In this document: positions 19,690 to 28,509 of the stretch, piece after piece
Layout: every line of letters begins with the position of its first letter
Position numbering within the stretch: position 1 is the first letter of the stretch
Source of the DNA: Polyangiaceae bacterium
GTDB lineage: Bacteria > Myxococcota_A > Polyangia > Polyangiales > Polyangiaceae
Reading direction: 5' to 3'
DNA: 64,000 nucleotides
NCBI GenBank assembly: GCA_035063585.1
Contig: JAPSGB010000026.1
Location: forward strand, 1 to 64,000
Translations under genes and position numbers: made by a program
Notes under the pieces: model-generated
What the model saw: only the letters and a program-made list of their open reading frames with translations
Databases searched by the model: none
Told to the model about the DNA's origin: nothing

Positions 19690-21420
19690 GTGCCCAACTT
19701 GCCTGAGCCCGAGTCGCCGCCCGCCGAGGCCCCGTCGCCGGAGGGGCCCTCCTCGGGCGCGCCGCCCGCCCACCAACTCACGCCGCGCAGCTTCGTCGCC
19801 GGGTTCGTCCTGGCGGTGATGCTGTGCGGCATCAACTCGTACCTCACGCTCTCGTTCGGGGTCATCGAGGAAGGGCCGACCATCGCGGCGCTCTTCTTCT
19901 TCGCGATCTTCTTCCTCTCGCGGCGCCACATCCAGACGAGCGAGATGGTCATCGTGGCGACCATGGGGAGCGCCGGCGGCAGCCTGGGCTTCATCAGCAA
20001 CTTCTTCGCGGCCAAGGCGATGACGGGGCCTGCGTACCCGCTCTGGCAAATGGCAGGCTTCGCGATCGTCACGAGCCTCATCGGGATGGCCTTCGTGATC
20101 CCGCTCCGCGATCTGCTCATCCTGCGTGAGCAGCTGCCCTGGCCCGGCTCGAAGGCGACCGCCGGCGTCATCGAGGCTCTGGTCGAGCGCGGCGACCCGC
20201 GCCAGCCTTGGTACCTGCTCGCGGCCTTCTTGGTCGCGGTCAGCTACGTCATCGCGAACACCGACGGCGGCTTCGGCCTGGTCCCCGCGGAGAGCGCGCT
20301 GCCCGTCTGGGGGCTCGCAGCGTTCGGCGCGGCCATCGCCTGGTCTCCGTTCGCCATCGGCGGCGCGTACCTGATGGGGTTTCTCACCTGCGTCGGCTTC
20401 CTGGTCGGCGGGCTCGCGCTCCTGGTGATGGCGCCGCACACCCCGGATCCCTCCGCGCCGCACCGCTACGTGTGGCCGGGGATCGGCTTCCTGGTCGCGA
20501 CCGGGCTCACCATGATGGCGGTGAACTGGCGCGTGATCGTGGGCTCGATGAGGTCGCTCGTCGCGCTTCGCCGTCAGACGGACGACGACGATCCGGTGCT
20601 CTCCGGGCGCGTGTTCGTGGGGTTCAGCGCGGTCGCGCTCGTGGTGACCGCGCTCTTCGCCGGGCTCGGCATGGGGCTGAATCTCGTGCTCGTGGTGCTC
20701 CTGGTCGTGGTCGGCGGCTTCCTCCAGAACGTGATCGCCACGCGCGCCGCCGCGCAGACGGCCTTCAACCCCGCGCGCGTGATGGGCGTCCTGCTCCAGG
20801 GCGTGACCGCGCTCGCCGGCGGCGCGAGCGCCGGCACCAACCTCGCCGGCGCGGGTTTCGTCGCGGGCAGCGGCGCGCAGGCAGGCAACCTCACCGGCGA
20901 CATGGCCTATGGCCGCTGGTTTCGTGTCCCGTCTCGATGGCAATTCTGGACCCAGCTCGCGACCATCGTGCCGTGCTCGCTGGTGAGCGCGTACGTGTTC
21001 GAGCAGATCCACGCGAGCACGCCGCTCTCGCTCGAGGGCGACGGGCTCGCCGCGCCGGTGGCCAAGATGTGGGCCGCGACCGCGCTCATCTTCGACGGGT
21101 CGAAGCCGATGCCGCCGTTCGCCATGGAGTCGATGGGGCTCGCCGCGCTCGCGGGCGTCGTCTACGTGCTGCTCGAGAGCTCGCCCAAGCTCGCCCGGGT
21201 GATGCCGTCGTCAATCGGCATTGGCATCGGGCTGGTCCTGCCCGTCTCGTACGACCTCGCGTTCTTCCTCGGCGGCGTGATCCTGTGGCTCGGGCTCGGC
21301 CGCTGGCTCAAGGTCCGCGACATCACGCTCACCACCGTCGCGGTCGGCTGCATCGTCGCGGAGGGCATCGGCGGCGTCGTCAAGCCGCTCCTCGCGCTCG
21401 CGCACGTGCTGCCGAGGTGA
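19690..21420 (+). CDS. OPT/YSL family oligopeptide or metal-chelate transporter
   Basis: QLTPRS, IPLR..LI..EQLPWPGSKATA, APVAKMWA; many TM helices. Confidence 0.85.
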   Translation: MPNLPEPESPPAEAPSPEGPSSGAPPAHQLTPRSFVAGFVLAVMLCGINSYLTLSFGVIEEGPTIAALFFFAIFFLSRRHIQTSEMVIVATMGSAGGSLGFISNFFAAKAMTGPAYPLWQMAGFAIVTSLIGMAFVIPLRDLLILREQLPWPGSKATAGVIEALVERGDPRQPWYLLAAFLVAVSYVIANTDGGFGLVPAESALPVWGLAAFGAAIAWSPFAIGGAYLMGFLTCVGFLVGGLALLVMAPHTPDPSAPHRYVWPGIGFLVATGLTMMAVNWRVIVGSMRSLVALRRQTDDDDPVLSGRVFVGFSAVALVVTALFAGLGMGLNLVLVVLLVVVGGFLQNVIATRAAAQTAFNPARVMGVLLQGVTALAGGASAGTNLAGAGFVAGSGAQAGNLTGDMAYGRWFRVPSRWQFWTQLATIVPCSLVSAYVFEQIHASTPLSLEGDGLAAPVAKMWAATALIFDGSKPMPPFAMESMGLAALAGVVYVLLESSPKLARVMPSSIGIGIGLVLPVSYDLAFFLGGVILWLGLGRWLKVRDITLTTVAVGCIVAEGIGGVVKPLLALAHVLPR

Positions 21421-21590
21421 GCGCCCGGTGCCGCGCGGCGCCGGGGCGGGCGGAGGGCTCGAGGGGCGCTCGCGGCGCGGCCGGCGGCCGGGGCCGGGCG
21501 CCCCGGGAGACAGGAAGCCGCATCTTTTGGGCGCGTCCCTCTCGCGCACCCTTTTCAGACGCGCCGAGTCGCTCTAGGAATACGGCTTCG

Positions 21591-22346
21591 ATGGCAGGCC
21601 GCACCTTCGCAATCGGCGACATCCATGGCGACACCGAGCAGCTCTTCCGGCTCCTCGCGTGCTTCCCCGAGCTCGACGCGGGCGACACGCTGGTGTTTCT
21701 CGGGGACTACCTCGATCGCGGCCCGTGCTCCGCGCAGGTCATCGACTACCTCCGCAAGCTCCCCGAGCAGAGCCCGGCGCGGGTCGTCACGCTCCGCGGC
21801 AACCACGAGGACGCCTGGCTCCGCGTGGTCGAGCGCGGCTGGGACGAGTTCGTGATGCCGCCGGGCAACGGCTGCCTCGCCGCGCTCCGCTCGTTCACCG
21901 GCGGTCCGGTGCCGCAGGAGGACGAGCTGCCCCGCCCGGACGAGCTCCTGCTCCTTCAGAGCGGCGGCTTCTTCCCCGACGACGTGGTCGACTGGCTCCG
22001 GAGCCTTCCGTTCTGGTACGAGGACGAGCACGCGATCTACGTCCACGCGGGGCTCCCGCCCCGGCGCGACGGCAGCGGATTCCCCCACCCGAGTGAGGTC
22101 GAGCCGCCGCTCGCGCTGCTCTGGTGCCGTGACGAGCACTTCTTCCGCGACTACCGCGGCAAGGCGGTGGTGTTCGGCCACACGCGCACCGAGTACCTGC
22201 CGCCCGAGCTCAGCGGCTACACGCCCGACGATCCGAACGATCTATGGGCCGGCGAGGCCGTCTACGGCATCGACACCGGCTGCGGCAACGGCGGCTTCCT
22301 CACCGGCTTCGAGCTGCCGGCCATGAACGTCTACGAGTCGCGCTGA
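21591..22346 (+). CDS. PPP-family metallophosphoesterase (Ser/Thr protein phosphatase)
   Basis: GDIHG, GDYLDRG, RGNHE, HAG, FGHT, IDTG. Confidence 0.92.
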   Translation: MAGRTFAIGDIHGDTEQLFRLLACFPELDAGDTLVFLGDYLDRGPCSAQVIDYLRKLPEQSPARVVTLRGNHEDAWLRVVERGWDEFVMPPGNGCLAALRSFTGGPVPQEDELPRPDELLLLQSGGFFPDDVVDWLRSLPFWYEDEHAIYVHAGLPPRRDGSGFPHPSEVEPPLALLWCRDEHFFRDYRGKAVVFGHTRTEYLPPELSGYTPDDPNDLWAGEAVYGIDTGCGNGGFLTGFELPAMNVYESR

Positions 22347-22445
22347 CCGCGCCGCCGGCCGCGCCGGCCCGGCACCAACCGCTCGCTCGGGGGGCGCCGG
22401 CTCTGACGGTGCGCCCTCACGCTCGAGCCGGCCCGGCGCGCTCAC

Positions 22446-23465
22446 TCAGGGGACGAGCACGACCTTGCCCACGTTCTTGCCCTGCTCGAGCTCCGCGTGG
22501 GCGCGGGCGGCCTCGGCGAAGGAGAAGCGAGCGTGGATGTGGGGCCGGATGCGTCCCTCGGCGTACAGGCGAACCAGCGCCTCGAGCATGGCCTTCAAGA
22601 GCTCCGTCTCGCCCCACAGGTGCCCGAGGTTCACCCCGGCGACACCGCGGTTCACGTTCATGAGCCCGAGCGGGGTGAAGAGCGGCGTGCGCGCGAGCTG
22701 GCTCACGACGTGGAGCAGGTTGCGCCGACCGCTCTGGTTGGCGTTGGCGACGCCGAAGGCGACCAGGAGCCCGGCTGGCCCGAGCAGCGAGTAGCTCTTC
22801 TTCCAGTCCGGCCCGCCGAGCGCGTCGAGGACCACGTCGACGCCGCGCCCTCCGGTGAGCCTCCGGACCTCCTCCACGTAGTCGCTCGTGCGGTAGTCGA
22901 TGGCGTGAGCGCAACCTTCTCGGCGCAGGTGCTCGTGCTTGGCGGCGGACGCGGTGCCGTAGGTGACGACGCCGGGCACCGTGCGGCAGAGCTGGAGCGC
23001 CGCGATGCCCACGCCGCCGGCCGCCATGTGGATGAGGACGTGATCGCCCGCGCGGAGCCTCGCGACGTTGAAGAGCATGTGGTACGCGGTGAGGTAGGCG
23101 ACCGGGATCGCCGCCGCGTCGTCGAAGCTCATCGCGTCCGGAATCGCGACGACCTGGCTCGCCGGAACGCACACCACCGACGCGTGCGCGCCGAAACGCT
23201 TCAGGAAGAGCACGCGCGTGCCCGGAGCCGGGGCGCTGACGCCGGCGCCGAGCGCGTCGATGACTCCGGCGCCCTCGTAGCCGACCACGCACGGCGGCTT
23301 GGGCGCGTCCGGGTAGAGCCCCTGGCGGGCCATCACCTCCGCGAAGTTGAGGCCGGCGGCCGCTACGCGAACGCGCACCTCACCGGGCGCGGGCTCTGGG
23401 TCGGCCGCTTCCCGGACCTCGAGCACCCTGCCGTCGCCGTGACGCGTGACCCAGATGGCGCGCAT
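22446..23465 (-). CDS. MDR-family quinone oxidoreductase (VAT-1-like)
   Basis: GLNFAE.MARQGLYP, GYEGAG, HMAAGGVG, KNVGKVVL. Confidence 0.9.
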   Translation of the reverse strand: MRAIWVTRHGDGRVLEVREAADPEPAPGEVRVRVAAAGLNFAEVMARQGLYPDAPKPPCVVGYEGAGVIDALGAGVSAPAPGTRVLFLKRFGAHASVVCVPASQVVAIPDAMSFDDAAAIPVAYLTAYHMLFNVARLRAGDHVLIHMAAGGVGIAALQLCRTVPGVVTYGTASAAKHEHLRREGCAHAIDYRTSDYVEEVRRLTGGRGVDVVLDALGGPDWKKSYSLLGPAGLLVAFGVANANQSGRRNLLHVVSQLARTPLFTPLGLMNVNRGVAGVNLGHLWGETELLKAMLEALVRLYAEGRIRPHIHARFSFAEAARAHAELEQGKNVGKVVLVP

Positions 23466-23568
23466 GAGCCGAGCCATGGCACCTACCACACCTCGCGGCA
23501 AGCGTGGACCGACGCTCGCGTGCCGAGCGCCGGCCGGCGCGGACCCGCGCCCGCGCCGGCTCGGCGGC

Positions 23569-23811
23569 TCACTTCGCGGCGGGCGCCTCGACGACCGAGC
23601 GCGCGTCGCTCGGCTCCTCGCGGCGCTGCTCGAAGGTCCTCGCGAGGGCGTCGAGCGCGCTCGCGGTGACGCTCAGGGTGCGCGCGCTGGTCTCGAGCGC
23701 GGCGCGGCCCACGCCGAGGCCGTAGCGCGCCCACGCGGCGCCCACGTCGACCAGGGCCTCGACGAGCTCGTGGTGTTCCTTCTCGGTCGGGGGGTTGGGG
23801 TTCGAGTGCAT
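23569..23811 (-). CDS. small hypothetical helical protein
   Basis: 80-aa amphipathic ORF with an AG-rich SD, co-oriented with its neighbours. Confidence 0.6.
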   Translation of the reverse strand: MHSNPNPPTEKEHHELVEALVDVGAAWARYGLGVGRAALETSARTLSVTASALDALARTFEQRREEPSDARSVVEAPAAK

Positions 23812-23897
23812 GATTCGATCCTTTCTCGGTTGGGGCGGCGTCGCGCCGCGGTGATGGTTGGACAGAGGGGAAGCTCGCAAACGCGCGCCCGGCGCGG

Positions 23898-24365
23898 TCA
23901 CGGAGGCTTCGGCAAGCAGGAGTCGCACACGAAGAGCGGAGGCCCGGGGCGGCTCCGCACCGCCAGCCCGGCGGGCTCACCGGGCACGAGCGGGGCCGCG
24001 CAGCGCGCGCACTCGGTCGCCGCCGCGACCACGACCGACTGATACGCGACCACGTCCGCGAGCGGATGCAGGCGCTCGACGCGCTCGCGCAGCCGGGTTC
24101 GCTCGTCATGCACGCTCCGCGCGGCGCGGCTCAGGTGGTCCTCGACGCGGCCGGTGGCGCGGTCGGCGATGGCGACCGCGTCTTCCAGGATGCTCCGGAC
24201 CAGGTTCGACACCGGGACGCGCAGCGCCGCGGCCGCGGCCTTGAGCTCGCCCTCGAGCACCGCGGGGATCCGCGTGTGGAGCACGCGCTCCTTCTTCTCG
24301 GACGAGGGGTCGTCGCTCGGGGCGGGCGGCGTCGACGGCGGCGGATCGCTCTTTTCGTGTGTCAC
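23898..24365 (-). CDS. ribbon-helix-helix DNA-binding protein with C-terminal CxxC...CxxC zinc finger
   Basis: RVLHTRIP...ELK..A..LRVPVSNLVRSIL, coiled coil, CARC...CDSC. Start is GTG 24365 or TTG 24377. Confidence 0.7.
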   Translation of the reverse strand: MTHEKSDPPPSTPPAPSDDPSSEKKERVLHTRIPAVLEGELKAAAAALRVPVSNLVRSILEDAVAIADRATGRVEDHLSRAARSVHDERTRLRERVERLHPLADVVAYQSVVVAAATECARCAAPLVPGEPAGLAVRSRPGPPLFVCDSCLPKPP

Positions 24366-24378
24366 GACGTGAGACAAT

Positions 24379-24395
24379 GTATCACGCGGTGATAC
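24379..24395. promoter_or_regulatory. palindrome GTATCAC-GCG-GTGATAC in the spacer of a minus-strand TTGACA promoter
   Basis: Perfect 7-bp inverted repeat directly upstream of the RHH gene. Confidence 0.65.
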
Positions 24396-24504
24396 GTGTC
24401 AAGGGGTCATCGCGCGCCCGCGGCTCCGCGCACGGGTTGCGGGCCGCCGGGTCGTTCGTGCGCGATTCAGGGCGCGGGCGCTCCGGAAACCCGTCGGCCT
24501 CGCC

Positions 24505-24520
24505 TGGCGTAGAGCTTGCT
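24505..24520 (+). promoter_or_regulatory. putative sigma54 -24/-12 promoter TGGCGTAGAGCTTGCT
   Basis: GG-N10-GC with TTGCT, 20 nt upstream of the kinase ATG. Confidence 0.55.
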
Positions 24521-24540
24521 ACCGCTTCGCGGATTCCGTC

Positions 24541-25992
24541 ATGGCAGCCGCCGCCCACATTCTGAACGCCGCCGCCGGTACCGGCGGCGGCACCGACGGG
24601 CTCATCGGCCAGGTGCTCCACGGCACCTACCGGATCCTCCAGGTGCTCGATCGCGGCGGGATGGGCACCGTCTTCGACGCCGAGCATCTGCGACTCGGGC
24701 GCCGCGTCGCGGTGAAGCTGGTGGCCGAGCATCTGGTGCGCGACGAAGAGGTGCTCGCGCGCTTTCGCTCCGAAGCGGAGATCCTCAGCCAGCTCCACCA
24801 CCCTCACATCGTGCAGGTGTTCGACTTCAACACGACCGAAGCGGGGCAGCCGTTCCTGGTGATGGAGCTCCTGCACGGCGAGAGCCTGGCGACGCGGCTC
24901 GATCGCGAGCGGCTCATCCCGATCGCCGAGACGGTGCGGATCGCCGGCCAGGTCGCCTCCGCGCTCGGTGCCGCGCACGACGCAGGGATCGTGCACCGCG
25001 ACCTCAAGCCCGCGAACATCTTCCTCGTCAACGTCCCGGGGGACGCGGCCTTCGTGAAGCTGCTCGATTTCGGCATCAGCAGGCGCTCCGGCGCCGCGCA
25101 GCGCATCACGCGCGTGCGCGACGTGCTCGGCACTCCCGAGTACATGGCGCCCGAGCAGGCCGCGGGGCGCACCGCGATGGCCGATCATCGCGCCGATGAG
25201 TACGCGCTCGGGGTCATCGTGTACGAGATGCTCGCCGGTCACCCGCCCTTTCAGGGCGCGGACCCGATCGCGACGCTCTACCAGGTGGTGAACGAGCAGC
25301 CCGTGGCGCTCTCGCGGGTGGCGCCCCCGTGGGTGCCCTCGGCGGTGAGCGACGTCGTGGGTCGCGCGCTCTCGAAGCAGGTGGAGGAGCGCTACCCCGA
25401 CGTGCACGAGTTCGCGGACGCGCTGCTCGCCGCGGCCGCGTGCTGTCAGCTCTCGCCCGCGCCGAGCTCGCGGCCGAAATCGTCGCCGGGCGGGCGCTAC
25501 AGCATGCTCCCGCGCGCGGACAGCGAGCGCATCGACCCGCCGCCGACCGACGTGGTCGAGCTCGCGCGCCCCGGGAGCAGCGCGCGCGCTCGAGCGCGCG
25601 TCATCGGCTCCAACACGCTCCGCGGAGTGGTGAGCGCGCTCGACCGCGGGCTCGGTGACTTCGACGCCGGGCGCCTCGCGGAGGCGGCCGCGCAGATCAC
25701 GCGGGCGCTCGAGCTCGCGGCCTCCTCCGAGAACGACGACGTCCGCGACACCATCGACGCGATGCGACCCCAGCTCATCGGCGTGCTCATCGCGCGGCTG
25801 GGCGGGCTCGCGCGCCGTCTGAAGCTCACCCGCGCCGCCGGCGGCGGCGAGAACGCGACCGAGGCGTTCCTGCTCTCGTGCATCGACGGGAACGCCACGC
25901 TCGACGAGGTGCTCGGCGCGGCGCCTTACGAGCGCCTCGACGCGCTCCGCGCGCTCGTGGCGCTCCGCGACCGCGGCGCGATCGGCGGTTGA
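24541..25992 (+). CDS. cytoplasmic Hanks-type Ser/Thr protein kinase
   Basis: GGMG, VAVK, HRDLKPAN, DFG, GTPEYMAPE. Confidence 0.95.
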   Translation: MAAAAHILNAAAGTGGGTDGLIGQVLHGTYRILQVLDRGGMGTVFDAEHLRLGRRVAVKLVAEHLVRDEEVLARFRSEAEILSQLHHPHIVQVFDFNTTEAGQPFLVMELLHGESLATRLDRERLIPIAETVRIAGQVASALGAAHDAGIVHRDLKPANIFLVNVPGDAAFVKLLDFGISRRSGAAQRITRVRDVLGTPEYMAPEQAAGRTAMADHRADEYALGVIVYEMLAGHPPFQGADPIATLYQVVNEQPVALSRVAPPWVPSAVSDVVGRALSKQVEERYPDVHEFADALLAAAACCQLSPAPSSRPKSSPGGRYSMLPRADSERIDPPPTDVVELARPGSSARARARVIGSNTLRGVVSALDRGLGDFDAGRLAEAAAQITRALELAASSENDDVRDTIDAMRPQLIGVLIARLGGLARRLKLTRAAGGGENATEAFLLSCIDGNATLDEVLGAAPYERLDALRALVALRDRGAIGG

Positions 25993-26181
25993 GCCCCGCC
26001 GCCGGCCGCGCCGCGCCAGCACCCTCGCGGATCTGAAGGACGCGGCGGCGCGCGACATGGCTCGGGCGACCAGCCGACCTGAGCGAGACGCAGAGTCTCG
26101 AGTGACGCGCGCCGCGGGCGAGCGGCGGCCGGTCGCGATTGACTCTCGCGGGTGAGGCTCACACACTCGACGGACGGGAGA

Positions 26182-28245
26182 GTGAACGTGAAGCAAAGGA
26201 ATCTCGTGGGGCTCCTCGTCGCCGCGACGCTGGCGGCCGGGGTATTTGCGGCGTGCGGCGGCGGTGAGGGTGACGGCACCGCCAGCAACCAAGGTCGTCC
26301 GACCGGGCAGGACGGCGGGAATGGGGCGGCGGACTCCGGGTCGGACTCCTCGCACTTCGACCTCGACGCGGAGACGCCGGCGGTCCTGAGGATCAAGCCC
26401 GAGGATCCGACGCTCGACGTGACCGGAGGCCCGGCCACGCTGAAATTCGAGGCGTTCATCGATGGCTCCACCACCCCCTCCCAGGCGACGTGGAACGTCG
26501 ACATGCCGTCGATCGGAGCCATGGACGGCACCGGGCTCTTCACGGCGTCGGGGCTCAAGGGGGCGAGGGCCACGGTGTCTGCGGAGATCGGTAACCTCAC
26601 CGCGCAGACGACGATCACCGTGCGGCTCCACCTCGACGAGAATCCGGGGAGCGTCGATCCGAAGACCCAGGCGCAGCTCGCGTCGGGCGGAGCCGCGGAT
26701 CCCGGTTTCAAGTGGCTCTACCCATATGACAAGACGGTGTTCCCCCGCGGGCTGCTCCCGCCGACGCTGATGTTCGCGTCGACCGCCGACGCGTACCTGG
26801 TGCGCGTCACCTCGAAGTTCCTCGACTACAAGGGCTTCTTTCCGGGCACGGACTCGCGCGTCACCTGGGCGCCGAACGTCTGGGAGGCGATCAGCCAGTC
26901 CGCCGGGAGCGCGGCGGATCCGCTGAGCGTCGAGGTGACCAAGATCTCCGGCGGCGCGGTGACCGGGCCGAGCAAGGAATCCTGGATCATCGCCGAGGGC
27001 TCGCTCACCGGGACGGTCTACTATAACAGCTACTCGTCTACGCTAGCGGGGAACACCGGCGCCGTCCTTCGCATCAAACCGGGGGCGAGCGTGCCGGAGG
27101 TGATGGCAGGCGGCTGTCACGTGTGCCACTCGGTGAGCGCCGACGGCTCGACGCTCATTGCGTCGCGCAGCGACTACACTTCCGGCGAGCTCTATCAGCT
27201 AAAGACCGGGGACACCGGGGTGCGCGTCCAGCCGGATCCGTCGTTCAGCTTCGGCGCGCTCTATCCCGACGGCTCTCTCGTGATGACGAACGGAGGCCGC
27301 GTACCGGGCACCATGCAAAGGACGTCACAGCTGATGGACCCGACGACCGGAGCGACGCTGCCGGCGCCGGGCTGGGACTCGGTCATCTCGCACGCCATCA
27401 CGCCCTCTTTCTCGCCGGACGGGGCGAAGATCGCGTTCAGTCACGTCGACACGGGCAACGGTCACTCGCTCGCCGTGATGGATTTCGAACGGAGCACCAA
27501 CACCTTCTCGAACCTGGTCGATTTCGCGGAGGATCCGGCCCGATTCCTCGGGTGGCCCTCCTTCACGCCGGACGGCGACTGGGTCGTCTACCATGGCGGG
27601 AATCGGAGTGATTTCGCGACCTGGCAAAGCGGGCAGGCGGATCTCTACATCGCCCATCTGCCCTCCAAGACGACCGCGCGGCTCGACGCGCTCGACGGCT
27701 ACGCGGGCGGCGTGAGCTATCTGCCCTATCCGAACGACGAGAACGACCTGAACTACGAGCCGACCATCTTGCCGGTCGCGGTAGGCGGTTATTACTGGGT
27801 CGTGTTCACGAGCCGGCGACACTACGGCAACATGATCGTCCACGAGGGGCCCGAGCAGACGGATCGCAAGAAGCTCTGGGTCGCCGCCATCGACATCAAC
27901 GTCACCGGTGATCCGAAGGCACAAGCGAGCGCGTACGACGCGAGCCACCCGGCGTTCTACTTGCCGGGGCAAGAGCTGTCCGCGGGCAACATGCGGGGCT
28001 TCTGGGCGCTCGATCCGTGTCGAGGGGACGGTGACGGCTGCGATACCGGCGATGAGTGCTGCTCGGGCTTCTGCCGCCGAAGGCAAGGGGAAGACGGCGG
28101 CCAGCTCGCGCCGCAGTGCGTGCCGCCCCCGACCGACGGGTGCTCGAACGAGCTCGAGGCGTGCACGACGACCGCCGACTGCTGCGGAGCGTCGAGCGGC
28201 ATTCAGTGCATCAACTCGCACTGCGCGCAGCCCACGATCCGCTGA
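26182..28245 (+). CDS. lipoprotein with Ig-like domain, TolB/PD40-like propeller and C-terminal Cys-knot repeats
   Basis: Lipobox FAAC, PSFSPDG and PSFTPDG repeats, C-x6-C-x5-CC modules. Confidence 0.8.
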   Translation: MNVKQRNLVGLLVAATLAAGVFAACGGGEGDGTASNQGRPTGQDGGNGAADSGSDSSHFDLDAETPAVLRIKPEDPTLDVTGGPATLKFEAFIDGSTTPSQATWNVDMPSIGAMDGTGLFTASGLKGARATVSAEIGNLTAQTTITVRLHLDENPGSVDPKTQAQLASGGAADPGFKWLYPYDKTVFPRGLLPPTLMFASTADAYLVRVTSKFLDYKGFFPGTDSRVTWAPNVWEAISQSAGSAADPLSVEVTKISGGAVTGPSKESWIIAEGSLTGTVYYNSYSSTLAGNTGAVLRIKPGASVPEVMAGGCHVCHSVSADGSTLIASRSDYTSGELYQLKTGDTGVRVQPDPSFSFGALYPDGSLVMTNGGRVPGTMQRTSQLMDPTTGATLPAPGWDSVISHAITPSFSPDGAKIAFSHVDTGNGHSLAVMDFERSTNTFSNLVDFAEDPARFLGWPSFTPDGDWVVYHGGNRSDFATWQSGQADLYIAHLPSKTTARLDALDGYAGGVSYLPYPNDENDLNYEPTILPVAVGGYYWVVFTSRRHYGNMIVHEGPEQTDRKKLWVAAIDINVTGDPKAQASAYDASHPAFYLPGQELSAGNMRGFWALDPCRGDGDGCDTGDECCSGFCRRRQGEDGGQLAPQCVPPPTDGCSNELEACTTTADCCGASSGIQCINSHCAQPTIR

Positions 28246-28449
28246 GCGCGCGCGGCCGGCGTGGAGCGGCCGCCGCGTGCGAGCGCGCCCGCGCCGCCGG
28301 CCGCGCCGGACCGCCAAGCCCGCGGCTCGGCGCTCTCGTTCCATGGGCTCGACCCGGCGCGACACGCATTATTTGCGCGTAGAGTGGGCGGGTAGCGGCT
28401 GCCGCGCAGCGCGCCGGCAGCTTCCCAGCGGATTCTCTTGGCATTTTGA

Positions 28450-28465
28450 TGGCATGAGTTGTGCA
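28450..28465 (+). promoter_or_regulatory. possible sigma54 promoter TGGCATGAGTTGTGCA
   Basis: GG-N10-GC spacing upstream of the sensor kinase. Confidence 0.4.
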
Positions 28466-28509
28466 GGCGTGTCCGTGCGGGCTCGGGTCTCCGAGCCCCG
28501 GCACGCCAG

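Noticed and set aside
28018..28035. RGD integrin-binding motif
   Set aside because: A single tripeptide with no supporting context.
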